Assembly (NCBI GenBank): GCA_963662315.1
Contig: OY759353.1
Span: 4,320,001-4,384,000, forward strand
Reading direction: 5' to 3'
Source: Geopsychrobacteraceae bacterium
GTDB taxonomy: Bacteria; Desulfobacterota; Desulfuromonadia; Desulfuromonadales; Geopsychrobacteraceae
Length of the DNA stretch: 64,000 nucleotides
Part shown: positions 62,819 to 64,000 of the stretch, piece by piece
Position numbering within the stretch: the stretch's first letter is position 1
Layout of the letters: every line of letters starts with the position of its first letter
Translations under genes and position numbers: made by a program
The notes under the pieces: model-generated
Database searches by the model: none
What the model was told of the DNA's origin: nothing
The model's input: only the letters and a program-made list of their open reading frames with translations

Positions 62819-63136
62819 GTGCAACTTACAACATCAGAGGAACAAGATCTCAGAACTGTCCTGATTTTTATATTTGGGTCTAAAGCAGAAAAATGGAACA
62901 TGAATGAAAAGGTACTCAAATTAACTGCCGAACTCTTACAGCAAGCAAACACATGCTCAGAGGCAATGAACTACGTTCCTCGCCCCACGGCTGTACCTGA
63001 TTTAAAGTACTTTAGACGACAACTAAGAGACATGGCGCGCAGGGCAAGAAACCATGATAAAATCTACGCAATTTGCAAATCAGCTCTCGACTATACTCGG
63101 GTTAGGGATTTCCAAATTGCCAGTCAGGGCTTATAA
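62819..63136 (+). CDS. Cassette 3 gene B: small hypothetical cytoplasmic protein
   Basis: AAGGAGG RBS, GTG start, 21 bp after gene A. Confidence 0.72.
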   Translation: MQLTTSEEQDLRTVLIFIFGSKAEKWNMNEKVLKLTAELLQQANTCSEAMNYVPRPTAVPDLKYFRRQLRDMARRARNHDKIYAICKSALDYTRVRDFQIASQGL

Positions 63137-63148
63137 ATCTCAGAATTA

Positions 63149-63199
63149 TTTGGGTATCCGGGAATTTTGCTCCCCCAGTCCCCACACCACCCAGCGTGC
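63149..63199 (-). mobile_element. Group IIC intron, 3' fragment (3' half of domain V plus domain VI)
   Basis: Minus strand GCACGCTGGGTGGTGTGGGGACTGGGGGAG...TTCCCGGATACCCAAA|TAATT, 12 bp after the cassette 3 stop. Confidence 0.7.
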
Positions 63200-64000
63200 A
63201 GGGCGCAACCCCGAGACCTTGCTTGTTATATTTAAGTCATAAAAGACAACACCGGCGGGTCCCGGCCCGGCAGCCGGATTCATTTTTTCCAAGCGATGAA
63301 AAAACGAATCAAAAAAATCTTTTAAAGTAAAACACACTGACGAGAATAGATTCGGTCAACGTCTAATCGTTGCTACCCGTAGTTAACTGACCGCCCAACG
63401 ATGCTGCCGCATCCATGGGCAGAATCGAATTTAAGTGGACACATCAAAATGCCAGCGGCATTTTTGTGGTTCTGGCCATCAGGCGCGCATTGCGCCGTCG
63501 GCCGGCTGGTTAGATGCTGGATGTTCCTTTGGAGAGACGAAGCCCGAGTACGGACCCTTTAAAGAAGGGCGTTTTGTGCTTACTATTTGTCGCCCGCCTG
63601 GGACAAATAGCAAGGCGTCGTGCGGGGCGCAACCCCGCGACTTTGCTTGTTTTATTTCAATCATAAAAGACAACACCGGCGGGTCCCGGCCCGCCAGCCG
63701 GCTTCATTTTTCCCAACGATGGAAAAACGAAGCAAAAAGATCTTTGAAGGTCAAACACACTGACGATAGCTGTATTGGGCTAGGGTCAAAAGATTTCCAG
63801 GTGCAATTAACCGGCAGCCCACGCTGCTGTCGCAGCTAATGGGCAAGGACGTTAGTTGGTGAGGAATGCCATGGGATTATCGGTATTCGTTTTTAAATCC
63901 ATTATCCATCAATAATGCGGTTCTGACCATCAGGCGCGTATTGCGCCGTCGGCCGGCTGGTCAGGTGCTGGATGTTCCTTTGGAGAGACGAAGCCAGAGT
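63195..64000. repeat. Structured non-coding tandem repeat, array 2 (units of 424 and about 451 bp; runs off the window)
   Basis: GGGTCCCGGCC at 63257 and 63681; GTTCCTTTGGAGAGACGAAGCC at 63523 and 63974. Confidence 0.92.

Noticed and set aside
61370..63839. Short ORFs inside the repeat and intron (61370-61570, 61467-61727, 61548-61775, 61703-61900, 63146-63337, 63435-63839, 63479-63676)
   Set aside because: Frames and ends differ between copies, no family motifs are visible, and substitutions preserve base pairing rather than codons.
61115..64000. CRISPR array interpretation of the repeats
   Set aside because: Units are 424-451 bp rather than short repeats with unique spacers, and no cas gene is in the window.

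Overview
About 59.7 kb of core chromosome from a Desulfuromonadales-type deltaproteobacterium (inferred from gene content and order), followed by about 4.3 kb of AT-richer accessory DNA. The core runs trpGDCFB-DEAD box-trpA-accD-folC-lptD-ftsB-argS-SPOR, two tRNA-Met genes, tilS-ftsH-folP-cdaA-cdaR-glmM-pdxJ-acpS-nnr-CBS-tsaE, lysC-cimA, a minus-strand block (cpoB-LysM-dprA-smg-topA-trmFO-maf-yggS-gph-ANKH-like, efp-epmA, yjcH-actP), then U32, M48, trpS, an L,D-transpeptidase facing an Lpp-like lipoprotein, lon, polA and an NSS transporter. From about 59.9 kb there is an integron-type cassette array with no integrase gene in the window. Two attC positions carry fragments of group IIC-attC introns without an RT gene. 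In both cases the intron fragment is fused to a non-coding tandem repeat of 424-451 bp per unit, which has four compensatory base-pair changes between copies and a variable core. This intron/structured-repeat chimera inside a cassette array is the most unusual element here and runs off the window end. All calls are from reading the sequence; no database search or folding computation was run.
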